From NCBI GenBank assembly GCA_963829525.1, contig CAWHIJ010000003.1, positions 2,432,001 through 2,496,000 on the forward strand: 64,000 nt of DNA. Reading direction: 5' to 3'. Under the pieces are notes generated by a model. The model did not search any database. It was not told where the DNA came from and saw only the letters and a list, made by a program, of their open reading frames with translations. The position numbers were made by a program, and so were the translations under genes. Below, in pieces: positions 63,427 through 64,000 of the stretch (its first letter is position 1; each line of letters starts with the position of its first letter). The DNA comes from an uncultured Actinomycetota bacterium (GTDB lineage Bacteria; Actinomycetota; Actinomycetes; JAHEKZ01).

Positions 63427-64000
63427 ATGCTGGGTGAAGCGGTTCGTGATCTTCGCGGCTGCACGCGGGGTGAGGTCATTGAGCCCGCCGACGTCGGGTA
63501 CGAGGCGGCTCGCGAGGTGTACAACGCGATGGCGATCGGGCGCCCGGCCATAGTCTTCCGGCCGGCGGACCTGCCTGACATCGTCGCCGCGGTGAGATGG
63601 GCAGCGGGGTCGGGTCTCGCGATCGGCGTCCGCGGCGGTGGCCACAGCGTCGCCGGCCACTCCTCCCCGGACGGGGCGCTACTCATCGACTTGTCACGGT
63701 GGCGCGGAGCGACCGTCGACCCGGCCGCGAGAACGGTGGACGCCCTCGCCGGTTGCCGGTTGATGGACCTCGATGCGGCAACCTTCGCCCACGGCCTGGC
63801 TGCGCCGTCCGGGACGTTCATCGACACCGGGATCGGCGGCTTGACCCTGAGCGGCGGGATCAGCTGGCTCCTGTCGTCGGAGGGCTTCGCGTGCGACGCG
63901 CTGATCGGCGCCAAGCTCGTGACGGCGGACGGCGACGTCCTCGAGGTCGACGAGAAGCGCGAGCCTGAGCTGCTCTGGGGCCTTCGAGGCGGTGGCGGCA
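63427..64000 (+). CDS. FAD-binding (PCMH/BBE-like) oxidoreductase, N-terminal part; runs off the window
   Basis: Manual translation MLGEAVRDLRG..YEAAREVYNAM..RPA..VRGGGHSVAGH..TGIGGLTLSGG..ELLWGLRGGG; GGAGG RBS. Confidence 0.92.
   Translation, partial: MLGEAVRDLRGCTRGEVIEPADVGYEAAREVYNAMAIGRPAIVFRPADLPDIVAAVRWAAGSGLAIGVRGGGHSVAGHSSPDGALLIDLSRWRGATVDPAARTVDALAGCRLMDLDAATFAHGLAAPSGTFIDTGIGGLTLSGGISWLLSSEGFACDALIGAKLVTADGDVLEVDEKREPELLWGLRGGGG

Overview
High-GC Actinomycetota chromosomal segment. Many single-base frameshifts in otherwise intact genes suggest an imperfectly polished long-read or metagenomic assembly. 1-5.1 kb is the conserved actinobacterial block rdgB-rph-MBL hydrolase-murI-cysM-cysO-mec-DUF2017-clpS. 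5.2-21 kb holds a cysteine-desulfurase-like class V PLP enzyme, two secreted GH18 hydrolases, a tyrosine/homogentisate catabolic cluster (hmgA, conserved hypothetical, fahA, hppD, Lrp), an M1 peptidase, an amino-acid ABC importer and an MFS transporter. 21-39.5 kb is mixed housekeeping and accessory: M43 protease, YqgE, DUF302/thioredoxin around a CsoR-type operator, arcA, pckG, P450, tag, hom, HelD and others. 39.6-64 kb is an accessory catabolic region for methylated amines and organosulfur compounds: a sarcosine-oxidase-like/GcvT pair, arylsulfatase plus anSME, amidohydrolase, an M20-AbgT-glutaminase operon, an XRE-MEDS regulator plus DmdA-like demethylase, alkyl sulfatase and an FAD oxidase. 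I saw no rRNA, tRNA, CRISPR array, integrase or transposase. Best leads: (i) the uncharacterised gene coupled to fahA as a candidate for the missing maleylacetoacetate isomerase; (ii) an apparently autoregulated XRE-MEDS/THF-dependent demethylase module with a perfect 20-bp operator; (iii) an M20-AbgT-GlsA operon; (iv) a leader-peptide/attenuator-like element upstream of the ABC importer; (v) a CsoR-family operator between DUF302 and thioredoxin. Family assignments come from motif recognition by eye, not from database searches.
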